The notes below the pieces were generated by a model that was not told the origin of the DNA, did not search any database, and saw only the letters and a list, made by a program, of their open reading frames with translations. A stretch of DNA of 64,000 nt from a virus. Location: positions 29,734 through 93,733 of IMG/VR virus record IMGVR_UViG_3300028388_001808, one strand, 5' to 3'. Positions 45,669 to 55,809 of this stretch are shown here, piece after piece. The position numbers and the translations under genes are program-made. Positions within the stretch are counted from its first letter, which is position 1, and each line of letters begins with the position of its first letter.

Positions 45669-46782
45669 AAACAATGAAGCAATTAACAGGTCGGAACTCA
45701 AAGCAGCCTTGGAAGGTCCGGCAAGTCTCGCACCGGCAAAATCTGACGAACTGTACTACGAGGACGAAGAAGCTATGTTGCTTGGAAGTATAGTCGATGC
45801 TATGCTTACTTCTCCAGAGCTGATCGATGACTACTTTGTAGGAAAGTGTAACACAAAGCCTTCGGATAACCTACAAAGCATCTTACATGAAGCCTATGAC
45901 AGGTGTGTACAGGAAACTGGTCTGCTATGGCACGAATTGGAAAACATCTCTACGATAAGCGTGATCCATAGCATCATGAACAAAGTCGGCTACAACATGC
46001 AGTGGGCTAAAGAAGACCCTATGGATGATGCAAGAATCTGGCAGTTCGACAAAAAGAGAGTCAACCAAGGATGCAAGTTACCGCAAGACTACTGGAAAGA
46101 CCTGCAAAAATCAAAAGGGGCAGGAAAGAAACTGGTTTCAAAAGAACAGATGAGTATTGCAGAAACGACTTGCCAGCAAATGCAAGCTTCTCCTGTAACT
46201 CAAAGCTACTGTGAATGCAACGAGAACACATTCGAACAAGTTCCGATCTACTTTGAACATAATGGAGAGTCTTACAAAGTGTTGGTAGATAAGATCATCT
46301 TCCATGAAGAAGACTTTTCCCTGGAACCTTTAGACTTTAAAGTTATGGGTGGTCCTACCTCCGTATTTCCCTCCAGAGCAAAGAAGTACCGTCTTGATTT
46401 GCAGGGTGTTCTTTACACGCTTGGGATGAGAGAAGTCATCCGCTTCATAAATAATCTTATGGAGTCGAGCGGCAGTTCTCAACGTTTCAAGTTAAGACCA
46501 TTCAAGTTCGTGGTGAATAGCCACACACATCCCTATGAGCCAAGAATTTACGAATTCGAAAAATTCCATTTTGATATAGGCTATCACGGTGCTTATTTCA
46601 GAAACGGAAGTGTCGTATTGAATGAGTCTTACAGAGGCGATGATGCCATACATGAAAGGAACTATGAAATACTTGGATTTCTTGACGCTTTACACCGACT
46701 AAAATGGTACAGAAACAACGGTGATTCGGTTCACTACGATTACGCAAAAAATTCTACTTCACCTCTAAAACTTTGGTTCTGA
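45601..46782 (+). CDS. PD-(D/E)XK exonuclease (RecE/ExoVIII-like)
   Basis: INRSELK, GSIVD, EQVPI, KVLVDK, LDFK and YRLDLQG..Y. Confidence 0.75.
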   Translation: MELNLKDLFSQNIPVRDRIEEYRNNEAINRSELKAALEGPASLAPAKSDELYYEDEEAMLLGSIVDAMLTSPELIDDYFVGKCNTKPSDNLQSILHEAYDRCVQETGLLWHELENISTISVIHSIMNKVGYNMQWAKEDPMDDARIWQFDKKRVNQGCKLPQDYWKDLQKSKGAGKKLVSKEQMSIAETTCQQMQASPVTQSYCECNENTFEQVPIYFEHNGESYKVLVDKIIFHEEDFSLEPLDFKVMGGPTSVFPSRAKKYRLDLQGVLYTLGMREVIRFINNLMESSGSSQRFKLRPFKFVVNSHTHPYEPRIYEFEKFHFDIGYHGAYFRNGSVVLNESYRGDDAIHERNYEILGFLDALHRLKWYRNNGDSVHYDYAKNSTSPLKLWF

Positions 46783-46979
46783 TGGATGATCCTAACAAAA
46801 GAAACGAACAAGAAGATAACCCTGTAGAAATCTACAGGGATCATCAAATCTACGAAACTCCGGATGGTGAGTTTAAAGTAGACCTTACAGATCATGCTAC
46901 CTTTCCGACAGAAGAATCTGCGGAAGAGTACATTGACGAAGTACTTGACGGAGAAGACTATTACTCTGAAGACGGCTGA
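46782..46979 (+). CDS. Small acidic protein
   Basis: Coupled ORF. Confidence 0.5.
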   Translation: MDDPNKRNEQEDNPVEIYRDHQIYETPDGEFKVDLTDHATFPTEESAEEYIDEVLDGEDYYSEDG

Positions 46980-47194
46980 TGAAACTGGTAAAGAAGTATA
47001 GGGTAAGTATTTACCTGTCAAGCGGAAAAGTAATTCGCATTCTGTGTTCAGAGTTTACGATCACCAAACTTTCTTCGTCGAAGACCAGAGAGCTGCACTG
47101 GAAAATAGTCAGAGGAGAAGAACTACTTACTATAGACGTAGATACTATAGTAGCAGTGACCAGAAAATTTGCAGGATTTTACATTCAAATATAG
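46979..47194 (+). CDS. Small hypothetical protein
   Basis: Coupled ORF. Confidence 0.55.
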   Translation: MKLVKKYRVSIYLSSGKVIRILCSEFTITKLSSSKTRELHWKIVRGEELLTIDVDTIVAVTRKFAGFYIQI

Positions 47195-47198
47195 TATT

Positions 47199-47450
47199 AT
47201 GTTCAAGACACTTGCAAAGATAATGGGAGTAAACTTAAAGGCTAGACTATCTATGCCGCCAGACTTTAAAAAGAAGTCAAACGAAAGACACAGAGAAGAA
47301 TTGAATTACGAACTACAGCAGCAGCGACTAGAACTCGCAGAAGAATGGAGGCATTTGATATCGAAAGAAGTCGAAAATGAAATTAGAAAAGATGCAGAAA
47401 ACTACCAACCTCCGACTAAAGCAGAGCGTCGTAGAAAAGCTGGGAAGTGA
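47199..47450 (+). CDS. Small hypothetical protein
   Basis: Coupled ORF. Confidence 0.5.
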   Translation: MFKTLAKIMGVNLKARLSMPPDFKKKSNERHREELNYELQQQRLELAEEWRHLISKEVENEIRKDAENYQPPTKAERRRKAGK

Positions 47451-47631
47451 TACAGCTTATCATTTTGCCAAACGCGAAATGGTAAAAAACATCATAGCCA
47501 GTATGACAGACCAGAAACTTGAGGAACTTGGATTTAGTTTCAGGGTTCTGTCCCCTGACAGTCTAAGTGAAACTCAACGAAATTCTCTTGAAAAAGAGAA
47601 AGAAGTCATGTATGAAGCGCGACTAAGATAA
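47377..47631 (+). CDS. Small hypothetical protein
   Basis: 84-aa ORF followed by a terminator-like hairpin. Confidence 0.5.
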   Translation: MKLEKMQKTTNLRLKQSVVEKLGSDTAYHFAKREMVKNIIASMTDQKLEELGFSFRVLSPDSLSETQRNSLEKEKEVMYEARLR

Positions 47632-47830
47632 ACTTATTTGTCATCACTATTGGACTGTCTGTGTTTTTTATACAGGCAGTCTTTTTTAACTCAAAGAAAA
47701 TGGGAAAAAGTAAAAAGGAGGAAACCAAAAAAGAAGAAACAAAAAAGAAAGAAGTAATCATTTTTAAGTCTGGAGAGAAAACTTACGTTAAGCAAGGAGC
47801 TATTCTCATAGACATCACTTCAAAACCCAT

Positions 47831-48019
47831 GTGATGATACTGGACTTGATTATGCTTTTGATGGCTGCTCTTTTGAACAGAGTAGTGTCCGTAAGACTAA
47901 GAATGATAGCAGAAGAGGAAGAAATTGGAAACGAGCAGTTGCTTCAATTCATAATTCTTATTACTGCTATCTACATCCCCATAAAAACGATAGTCATTTT
48001 AGTAACTTATTTTAATTAG
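47831..48019 (+). CDS. Small two-TM membrane protein
   Basis: Two hydrophobic segments. Confidence 0.5.
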   Translation: MMILDLIMLLMAALLNRVVSVRLRMIAEEEEIGNEQLLQFIILITAIYIPIKTIVILVTYFN

Positions 48020-48025
48020 TAACGT

Positions 48026-48421
48026 ATGAAAAACAGATTTATCCTTTTACTGCTGTTTTTGTCGGCAGCTCTGTACTCGCAAGAGTACACTCCCAACTAC
48101 TGCGTACTGGAGAAAGAAAGCTTACTGGTCTATGATTCAGTATTTTTCTTCCATCCGGAAGATTTGAAGCACACACAAGACATAGGACAGTTTATGAAAA
48201 CGCACTACATCTTCTCTTGTGCAGAAGCTGTGCGGTGTTTCAACTGTCCGGTACTTGATAGAAGCGAAGAAAATTTCGAATTAAAGCGTGTTGCTTTAGT
48301 GTGGTTTGAAATGGATGGTGTCTATATAGCAAGGAATCTTTCAGATCGAGACATTGTACTAAACCTTTTAAATTTCACATTCAGAAAAAACAACACGCCA
48401 TGTCAACCGCAATCGCCTTAA
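48026..48421 (+). CDS. Secreted protein with a signal peptide
   Basis: MKNRFILLLLFLSAALYS-Q, a Bacteroidota-style signal peptide. Confidence 0.6.
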   Translation: MKNRFILLLLFLSAALYSQEYTPNYCVLEKESLLVYDSVFFFHPEDLKHTQDIGQFMKTHYIFSCAEAVRCFNCPVLDRSEENFELKRVALVWFEMDGVYIARNLSDRDIVLNLLNFTFRKNNTPCQPQSP

Positions 48422-48781
48422 TTGCAGCAGTCTTCACCGCTGCTTTTTTCAATGACTACATCAAAACCAATCGTAATGAGAAAAAACGTCAGAAATACAG
48501 GAAGTATCAGTAACTCTGATGCAGAGAAAAGAAGGCAAAACTGGCAAGAAGCGAATAAAAACACTGTACTTAATGTCGGGGATTACGTAAAAATCGGAAG
48601 ACCTTGCAAAGACTGTAGTGTAAAAGAGCATTTTTGGCTGGTTATCACCCAAACAAACCCATTTAAAGGAACGGTGGATAACGATCTGATCCACAATCTT
48701 GGGTTTAATGATGGACAGGAAATCGAATTTGAAAGATCAGAAATTCAAAGAAGAATAGAAAATGAAGAACTATTTAATTAA
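48422..48781 (+). CDS. Hypothetical protein (DUF2314-like C-terminus)
   Basis: EHFWLVI...GTVDND motif; the true start is probably about 48476. Confidence 0.5.
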   Translation: MQQSSPLLFSMTTSKPIVMRKNVRNTGSISNSDAEKRRQNWQEANKNTVLNVGDYVKIGRPCKDCSVKEHFWLVITQTNPFKGTVDNDLIHNLGFNDGQEIEFERSEIQRRIENEELFN

Positions 48782-49079
48782 ATACTACGAAAAAGACGAT
48801 AGTGATAAGTTCCGAAAGTCTGTTTTACGTTCATCTTATGATGAGCGTCGAGTAGAGCAGAACTACAAAAAAGAAAACCCAAAAGCTATCATCGAATACG
48901 TGGTTATAAATCAAACACAATGACAGCAGCAGACATTACCTGTATCCAAGACAGGATAAGACAGCTTTCCATTGAAGTAGCCTTACTTAAAAAAGAAGGC
49001 AAGAAAAACAACGACATCGTATATCAGAAATACGGTGTGATTAACAGACTGAAGTCCTGGCTTTCTAAAAAGTAAAAAC

Positions 49080-49430
49080 ATGACAAGAACAAGAGAATCG
49101 ACACAACGTAAAATTTTCAACCTCCAGAATATTCTTGAAAGAGGATATACGGAGGTGAGAATGTTCTCCAAACAATTCCAGATACCGCTGACACACAGTA
49201 AGAAAAAGCTTCTGGAGGACAAGATCGAAACTTTATCGAAGCTTGGAATGAGATATCGCTATATCTCATCACCTCCTTATTCGAAAGTTGCGATGCAGCA
49301 GCAATTTCCAGATGCGGGAAAGCCGTACATCAATCCGTACAGGCAGAGAAAGAAGACACAGAAAAATCCAAACCATGTACCTAAATGCGACATCAGTGAT
49401 GAAGCTCTTGGGATTGTGGAGCAGGATTAA
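49080..49430 (+). CDS. Hypothetical protein
   Basis: 116-aa ORF. Confidence 0.55.
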   Translation: MTRTRESTQRKIFNLQNILERGYTEVRMFSKQFQIPLTHSKKKLLEDKIETLSKLGMRYRYISSPPYSKVAMQQQFPDAGKPYINPYRQRKKTQKNPNHVPKCDISDEALGIVEQD

Positions 49431-49863
49431 GCCTAAAAGATACTGGTTAGATATAGTAGTAACTCAACAGTTCTTCAATGCTTACGCGTTGTGTGATGTT
49501 TCGCTGTACGACCAGTCTTCAGGCATGTATGCCTTTTACTACTCTGGAGTAATCGTAGATTTGCAAGTAGGTTATTTCGTATTAGATGACGATAAAGTAT
49601 ATTACGAAGACTTTGAAGATACGACAATAGCTGATATACGATACGAATGCGCTCCTTTGGATTCAGATAAATTTTTTGATAGTTTGGCATCAAAGTATTT
49701 TTTAGGTGTCGATCCTTGTGATTATAGCCTGGAAAGTGTAGCTTTGATGAAAAGTAAAGGAATCATAGAGGTTATAGGATCGAAGGATGCGAAAAACGCC
49801 TACTCCACTTGGAGTGCTACTATAGCTTCTCCTTTTGTAAAGGACGTAACTAAACCATACTAA
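49399..49863 (+). CDS. Hypothetical protein
   Basis: Coupled ORF. Confidence 0.55.
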   Translation: MKLLGLWSRIKPKRYWLDIVVTQQFFNAYALCDVSLYDQSSGMYAFYYSGVIVDLQVGYFVLDDDKVYYEDFEDTTIADIRYECAPLDSDKFFDSLASKYFLGVDPCDYSLESVALMKSKGIIEVIGSKDAKNAYSTWSATIASPFVKDVTKPY

Positions 49864-49864
49864 A

Positions 49865-50092
49865 ATGAGCGAATCTGCAAAATCTTTCGGAGTGATACCT
49901 GTAACGATAGCATCTACAATTGTAGTACTGGGTATTCCGCTGTGGTTGCTCCAACCGACACTTGAAAAGTTTCTTGACGGCTCTACATGGAAAATGATCG
50001 TAGTTGTAGTAGCCTGTGCTGTAGTAGGTTTCACAGCTATGTTCGGATCGGCTGGTCTGTATCATAGACTCGTCTATAGAAAAAAACGCTAA
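49865..50092 (+). CDS. Small two-TM membrane protein
   Basis: Two TM helices and a basic tail. Confidence 0.6.
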   Translation: MSESAKSFGVIPVTIASTIVVLGIPLWLLQPTLEKFLDGSTWKMIVVVVACAVVGFTAMFGSAGLYHRLVYRKKR

Positions 50093-50178
50093 CGTGTAGT
50101 TTTTTTTCATACGATTGTTTACAGGGAAGTCAGACATCTGGCTTCCCTTTTTTTATTCACTAAACAACATAACACAAC

Positions 50179-50442
50179 ATGACAAACAAACACTATACTA
50201 GCTGGTCAAAAGAAGATGATAACACTCTTCGTGACTACATGAATACCTACGATATGTCAAAAGAAGAATGTGTCGTAGAAGCTGCTAACGAACTTGGCAG
50301 AACTACAAATGCGATAAGGTCACGTATCAGCGCATTGAGGAACCAGCACCATAAGGTCGAAGAACAACCCGTAAGTAAAACTCAGACAGTAAGACTTGAG
50401 CTTGATGATCTGAATATCACTATTCAAATTAAAAGAAAATGA
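50179..50442 (+). CDS. SANT/Myb-like HTH protein
   Basis: WSKEDDNTL...AANELGRTTNAIRSR. Confidence 0.7.
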   Translation: MTNKHYTSWSKEDDNTLRDYMNTYDMSKEECVVEAANELGRTTNAIRSRISALRNQHHKVEEQPVSKTQTVRLELDDLNITIQIKRK

Positions 50443-50675
50443 CATTCAGTATCAGAGAATCCGACCAGGGACTGACTGCAAGTTGCAATGGAAAGGAGTA
50501 CAATAACAAACAGCTTATGGAAAAACTTTCCGAGACGACAGTACCTGTTTCTTTCATAAGAAATGGAAGAGTCCTTACCTTTTCTGAATGTGTAGAGTTG
50601 TATCTTCGTGTACAGAAAAGAATTTTTACACCGACTAAAACAGAAGAAAATGACATTCCAACAGAAACTGAGTAA
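50439..50675 (+). CDS. Small hypothetical protein
   Basis: Coupled ORF. Confidence 0.5.
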   Translation: MTFSIRESDQGLTASCNGKEYNNKQLMEKLSETTVPVSFIRNGRVLTFSECVELYLRVQKRIFTPTKTEENDIPTETE

Positions 50676-51234
50676 GTTCTATGAATCTTGCCGGAAAAAC
50701 TGTAAACCTCTTCCATTTGATGAGCATCTTATGCACATGGAGCTTGGTGTTTCTTCAGAATTAGGGGAAGTCTCTGACCTATTCAAGAAAAAACTGGCAG
50801 GGAATAAACCTATTGATCCGGAAAGGCTGGAAGATGAATGGGCTGACGTCTTGTGGTATACCATACAGACGCATCCTAATGAAGATGACAGCTTTCTTCG
50901 ACGTGTAGCTGAAAACGTTGACATTGAATTAAACTTGAGGAAGAGTCAAATAGCCTCATCTCTTGTAGATGCAGACTATTATCTTAAGTACAAGCATATA
51001 TTCGATACATCGTACGAAAGACTTTGCTACACATTACGGTCGCCAGTAGACCTGAAAAATGGAGCTTACAACATTGATCTTATTTCATCCTGTGTGTCAT
51101 GGATCATGCTTGGATTCGCATTGAAGATCAATGTAGTCGGAGCTATGCGACGTAACATTGACAAACTCGCCAAGCGTTACAAGGACGGTTTTACCGACGA
51201 AGAGGCACTCAAAAAAAGAGATAAACATGAATAA
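50650..51234 (+). CDS. MazG-like nucleotide pyrophosphohydrolase
   Basis: LGVSSELGEVSD..KK, EDEWADVLWY and NIDKLAKRY. Confidence 0.85.
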   Translation: MTFQQKLSKFYESCRKNCKPLPFDEHLMHMELGVSSELGEVSDLFKKKLAGNKPIDPERLEDEWADVLWYTIQTHPNEDDSFLRRVAENVDIELNLRKSQIASSLVDADYYLKYKHIFDTSYERLCYTLRSPVDLKNGAYNIDLISSCVSWIMLGFALKINVVGAMRRNIDKLAKRYKDGFTDEEALKKRDKHE

Positions 51235-51480
51235 ATTCAGAGAAGCTGTTAGACAGGCGACTAGAAAGTAATTGACGAACTAGAAAAAATGGAAGGCAAA
51301 TGAAATGGACAATCGAATACAGACATGTAAACGGATACAAGATAAAGAGAAGAGTAGAAAAGGCCGCTTCGGCAGAAGAAGCAAAAGCCAAGTTTTTCGA
51401 GCTGCACAGTCCGGAATGGTACGTTATTACAGCAGTGTATCCGACAAATCTTTAACACCAGGTGTTAAGAAAAAAAATAA

Positions 51481-51516
51481 AAAAGGGGTAAGTCTTGCGG
51501 CTATACCCCTTTTTTT
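51481..51516. terminator. Bidirectional terminator between converging modules
   Basis: A-tract + AGGGGTA...TACCCCT + T-tract, located where plus- and minus-strand operons meet. Confidence 0.7.
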
Positions 51517-51525
51517 CCTAACCGT

Positions 51526-54500
51526 TTATTCGCCAGCTTTCCACCAGGGTTGATTTTCAGCTTCTCTTTTCTCCTTTCTCTTCTTTGCGTTTTCTCTCTG
51601 TCTCTGGTTCTTCTGTTTTCTTTCCTCAGAGTAGAACATCTTATCCCATCTTGTAGTCTTAAACTGACGCTTGGTTATCTTATCATAACCTAAAGTAGGA
51701 TCAAGTTCCATTATACCTACAAATGCGTTAGGTATAAACGCATCTTCTACTGCATTTATAAATCCGTTCTCGCCAGCATTGTATCCTGTAGGTATGATAT
51801 GTTCCCCGTTCAGCATTTTCATGAAGTAATCCATGACTCTTGCTGTTCTTCCTATCATACTTGCTATTGGAAGTATATTAGATTGAAGTTCATTAAATCC
51901 CATAGGAGACGTGAACATCATAACATCTCCCATCATTCTCATAGTGTAGTTGGCCAGCAGGTTATGCGCTTTTCTTTTAGGATCGTCTCTCTCATCATCA
52001 TCATCCCAAAGAAACATTTTAGTCATAAGATAAGCAGTAAACATACTCATCAACATGACAAGCTCAGTAAGATTCGCTCTTAGATTAGCCGCATCTACCT
52101 CAGAAAATTTATCATCGAATTGGGTACTTTTCCCTGCCAGTTTACGAAGTAATTGTTTTGTCGTGAACATCAAATCCTCTCCAAAAGTACCTGCTTTTAC
52201 TCCGGTAAAAGCAGCAGCACCATAACCTAAAGCACCACCTACCACAGTACCTATTCCAGGTACAAGAATAGTACCCATAGAAGCTCCTGCTATAAGGCCG
52301 GATGCGGGAGTGTAGCTTCTGTATCTTCCTTTGGTAATGTGACCAAGTTCTATATCTTCCTGCTCTCCTCCAAACCTGGTATAGTATGCTCTGGGAAGCC
52401 AAGTTCTGAACATCGTAGCCATTCTACCTAATATAGAACGTTTAGCTTTCATACCACGTAGTGTATCATAGTCACCATGAGTAACTACGATAGCTTTATT
52501 GAGCTTTACTTTAAAGTTGTTGTAGTTTTCTCCGCGCATCAACACCCAATCTTCGTTGTGCTGCGTGGTGTTGAAATTGTCTTTCAATGTACCGTCTTCC
52601 TTCAAAGCATCCCACACAGACGATACTGTGCCATCTATGCCAGTTATTTTGGTGTCCATCAAAAGACCCATCATAATAGTAGACTGGTTAATAAATTCAC
52701 CTCTTGTTACAGGTTCATAAGGATTAAGAGGATCAAACTTTGAAGTGATTTTGGAAGACTGTCCAGCTTTTTGAAATTCATTTGTAGCGTCTTGAAGGAC
52801 TTTATACTTATCCATCAAGATTGTATTTTTTCTAGCTTCTTCTGTAGAAACCTTGCCAAAAGTCAAAGCTTTCATCATATTACCCAAGACAATTCTATAG
52901 GCTCTCCATATAGATTGCCAGGATACTACTCTACCATCAGAAGCTAATCCAAGATTAGCAACCGTACCAGCCATAATGTTCATTGGTACGGCAGGTAGAT
53001 TCCAACCCATACCTTTAAGACGAAGAGCGTGCAGAAGCAAGTCGATAGTACCAGAACCTGTTACATTCGACATTTGATCCTCTAGCATCGTCTCTAATTC
53101 TTCAACCTTATTTGGATCAGATTCATTATCAATAAGTTCCTGAATTTCTTTTGCCTTTTGCTTAGCTTCCTTCGACTTATAGATTCTCTTCTTTGTTTTA
53201 CCTTCATCAAAATTTGTATAATCTCCCAGAACAGCACGTTTGAACCAATCCTCAATCTGGAGGTTTGCCTGAGTCCTACGCATGGATTCTACGTTATCTA
53301 CAGTATTCTTACCTCTTCTTAGTACTGTAAATATTCCTGTTTGCTGATATGGTTTTTGTATATCCTTATAATGATCCTTCAGAATCTTCATTACTGGAAG
53401 TATCCTTTCTCTGTGCGCGTACTGTAACCCAAGAACAGCATACATTTGAAGTATCTTGGTTACGTCGAATGAATACTTCTTAGCTACTTGATCCTGTGCT
53501 AGTCTTTCATGTATCTGCCTTTGACTTAATGGTATTTTTTGTCCTCCATTTTGCTGCTCCCATCGAAGGTCCATTATCTTTTTGAGTTCTTCGACTTCTC
53601 TATCTCTATTACCCAAGAAAGCAGAATTGACAGACTGCTCCATTTCTCCGGTAATAGGATTATATTCAGGTTTAGGCGTATCTGCCCTGTCTTGTGTAAC
53701 TGTGTTACGAACAAAATCCATAAACTTCACACCAGAAGCACCTATAGTACCTAAAGCTTCCAGATAATTACCACCATCTGATATGAACCCTTCAAGAACA
53801 GATTTCTGGATAGCTATCAGCGAATTATTTCGCATATTTCTTTGTAAGTCAGGAGGAAGCGTACGGTTAACAGTCTCTATCGTGTCTATCATCGTTTTGT
53901 AGAAATCGTATAGAGGCTTGTTATTTTCTATCTTTTCAAAATTAGGATCGTACCAAATAGTTTTTTCTCCTGAAGGATGATCCTTCACTACATACATGCC
54001 ATTAACTACCCGAACATCAGCCTTAAACCTTCTAGGAATCGATACAGCGAATCTTTCATAGGCAGGTCGTATATACTCACCATTCGGCTGATATTTTCGA
54101 AGAGAGACGAAAGAATCCTGCTCTGGGATCAAAAATGGATTGTTTGCTAACTCCCAGAATTCAAGTTTCTGTCGCATTTCTACAGTCCAGTTTTGAAACG
54201 GTACTGGATTCTGTCTGGATGCAGGAGGTTGTGTAGAAATCTGCTCTATAACGATATCTCTGTGAATAAGGTATTGATTCAATTGCTTCCTTGACTTGTG
54301 AATAATATCGTCAAGTGCTTCTCTACTACCAAGATGACGAACTAATTCGTCTTCATGTGCCTGCATTTCAGCAGGCGCGTAAGACGGTCCTTTAGACAGG
54401 GACACGTACTTCCTGTCATTTACTATAGAGGCTATCCTATTAGGGTCTACCAGAATAAGATTTGACTTGTACCAACGATTTCTCTTTTTGTAGGCATCTT

Positions 54501-55809
54501 TGATAAGCTGTTTCCTTCTTGGACTTGTGGCAGCTTCTTCCATAGCCTCACGGAAGCCAGTAACAAGATATCGTTTAGCTGCTTCGAAGTTAGCTGAATA
54601 TCTGGTAATCAGATGTCCGGTTTCTCTCTCCTCTCCTTTTATTGGCCTGACGTACTTTTGCTTGAAGATGTCGAACTTTACCCCTATTCCACCTACGCCT
54701 ACTTCTCCCATCCTGCGTAGTTCGGCTTCAGCATCTTGTACCACAGTATTGATACGATCAATTAGTTCTTTTGCCTCTGACCATGCTTTTTCGTTCTCTT
54801 CGTGTATCAGTGATACCATGAGTTGAGCTAACTCAGGATTACCTGCGGTAGGATCAAGAAAGTTCGCAACCAGTGCATTTACATCAGGAGCGGCCTTTGT
54901 CAACTCTTCAAAGTTCAAAGGTTGAGCAAGAGGGTCACGTCCTCTTCTTTTTAATGTCTCTTGAATAAGTCTGTTGTTTCTAGCAACGTTAACCAAAACA
55001 TTCTGAAGCTTTGTCTTCAACTTACCATTAGATGCTAAAGCTTCCGCTGCTATGGCTTCAAAAGGCTTTCTGTAACTGTCTCTTAGACGTAACTGACCAG
55101 TTGCCCTGTTTACAATCTCGTTTTCTGTAAACAGGATGTGTCCTATTTCAGCAGCTTCTGCAAAGTTTCCAATATGACTATACAAGTCAATAAGGTCAGC
55201 AGCCTCTTTCAGATCACGTACCTCATTCGAGTTTACCAGCTTTCTAATCCTTTCCATATCTCTGGATGCGATAGAGTTGACATTACCAGAGAATATAGCT
55301 CTGAATAGAAACTCAGCAGGAGCGTTTTGTGTACCAGCATTAACAAGCTGATCTACTTCTTCCTGAGTCCTTTCTACCCTGTCAGTTAGATCGTGAATAC
55401 TTTTGTAATACGCTCTAATTTTTGGAAGATCGGCAGGATTCCCCTTTTGTTCCAATTGAGTCAGTGCGTCCTTTTGTTCAGCAATCCAACTATTCAGACG
55501 CTTTATATTGCGTTTCTTAATGCCTATGACAGCATCAAATCGCTTCTCGGTTATATCAGGACCAAAACCACCGCTATTAGTCGTAGCTGAACTGACAGGG
55601 GCAAAAAGCGAGTCCTGTGAATGAAAACTTGCTACAGATTGAATAGATGGTTCTCCATTACTATCAAGCTTGTATCTCGATTTATTCGACATAATGTCAA
55701 GATACTTACCCATAGCGTCATCGCCATAGATCACAGCAAGTTTAGCAAACAACACAGAAGGACTTCCATCAGGAGCGGTTACTTTTATCGAACATCCCAT
55801 TTTACTCAC
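51526..55809 (-). CDS. Large virion/ejection protein (crAss-like cargo protein)
   Basis: 1427 aa, helical, with Gly-rich hydrophobic segments near the C-terminus; follows the RNAP gene. Confidence 0.65.
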   Translation of the reverse strand: MSKMGCSIKVTAPDGSPSVLFAKLAVIYGDDAMGKYLDIMSNKSRYKLDSNGEPSIQSVASFHSQDSLFAPVSSATTNSGGFGPDITEKRFDAVIGIKKRNIKRLNSWIAEQKDALTQLEQKGNPADLPKIRAYYKSIHDLTDRVERTQEEVDQLVNAGTQNAPAEFLFRAIFSGNVNSIASRDMERIRKLVNSNEVRDLKEAADLIDLYSHIGNFAEAAEIGHILFTENEIVNRATGQLRLRDSYRKPFEAIAAEALASNGKLKTKLQNVLVNVARNNRLIQETLKRRGRDPLAQPLNFEELTKAAPDVNALVANFLDPTAGNPELAQLMVSLIHEENEKAWSEAKELIDRINTVVQDAEAELRRMGEVGVGGIGVKFDIFKQKYVRPIKGEERETGHLITRYSANFEAAKRYLVTGFREAMEEAATSPRRKQLIKDAYKKRNRWYKSNLILVDPNRIASIVNDRKYVSLSKGPSYAPAEMQAHEDELVRHLGSREALDDIIHKSRKQLNQYLIHRDIVIEQISTQPPASRQNPVPFQNWTVEMRQKLEFWELANNPFLIPEQDSFVSLRKYQPNGEYIRPAYERFAVSIPRRFKADVRVVNGMYVVKDHPSGEKTIWYDPNFEKIENNKPLYDFYKTMIDTIETVNRTLPPDLQRNMRNNSLIAIQKSVLEGFISDGGNYLEALGTIGASGVKFMDFVRNTVTQDRADTPKPEYNPITGEMEQSVNSAFLGNRDREVEELKKIMDLRWEQQNGGQKIPLSQRQIHERLAQDQVAKKYSFDVTKILQMYAVLGLQYAHRERILPVMKILKDHYKDIQKPYQQTGIFTVLRRGKNTVDNVESMRRTQANLQIEDWFKRAVLGDYTNFDEGKTKKRIYKSKEAKQKAKEIQELIDNESDPNKVEELETMLEDQMSNVTGSGTIDLLLHALRLKGMGWNLPAVPMNIMAGTVANLGLASDGRVVSWQSIWRAYRIVLGNMMKALTFGKVSTEEARKNTILMDKYKVLQDATNEFQKAGQSSKITSKFDPLNPYEPVTRGEFINQSTIMMGLLMDTKITGIDGTVSSVWDALKEDGTLKDNFNTTQHNEDWVLMRGENYNNFKVKLNKAIVVTHGDYDTLRGMKAKRSILGRMATMFRTWLPRAYYTRFGGEQEDIELGHITKGRYRSYTPASGLIAGASMGTILVPGIGTVVGGALGYGAAAFTGVKAGTFGEDLMFTTKQLLRKLAGKSTQFDDKFSEVDAANLRANLTELVMLMSMFTAYLMTKMFLWDDDDERDDPKRKAHNLLANYTMRMMGDVMMFTSPMGFNELQSNILPIASMIGRTARVMDYFMKMLNGEHIIPTGYNAGENGFINAVEDAFIPNAFVGIMELDPTLGYDKITKRQFKTTRWDKMFYSEERKQKNQRQRENAKKRKEKREAENQPWWKAGE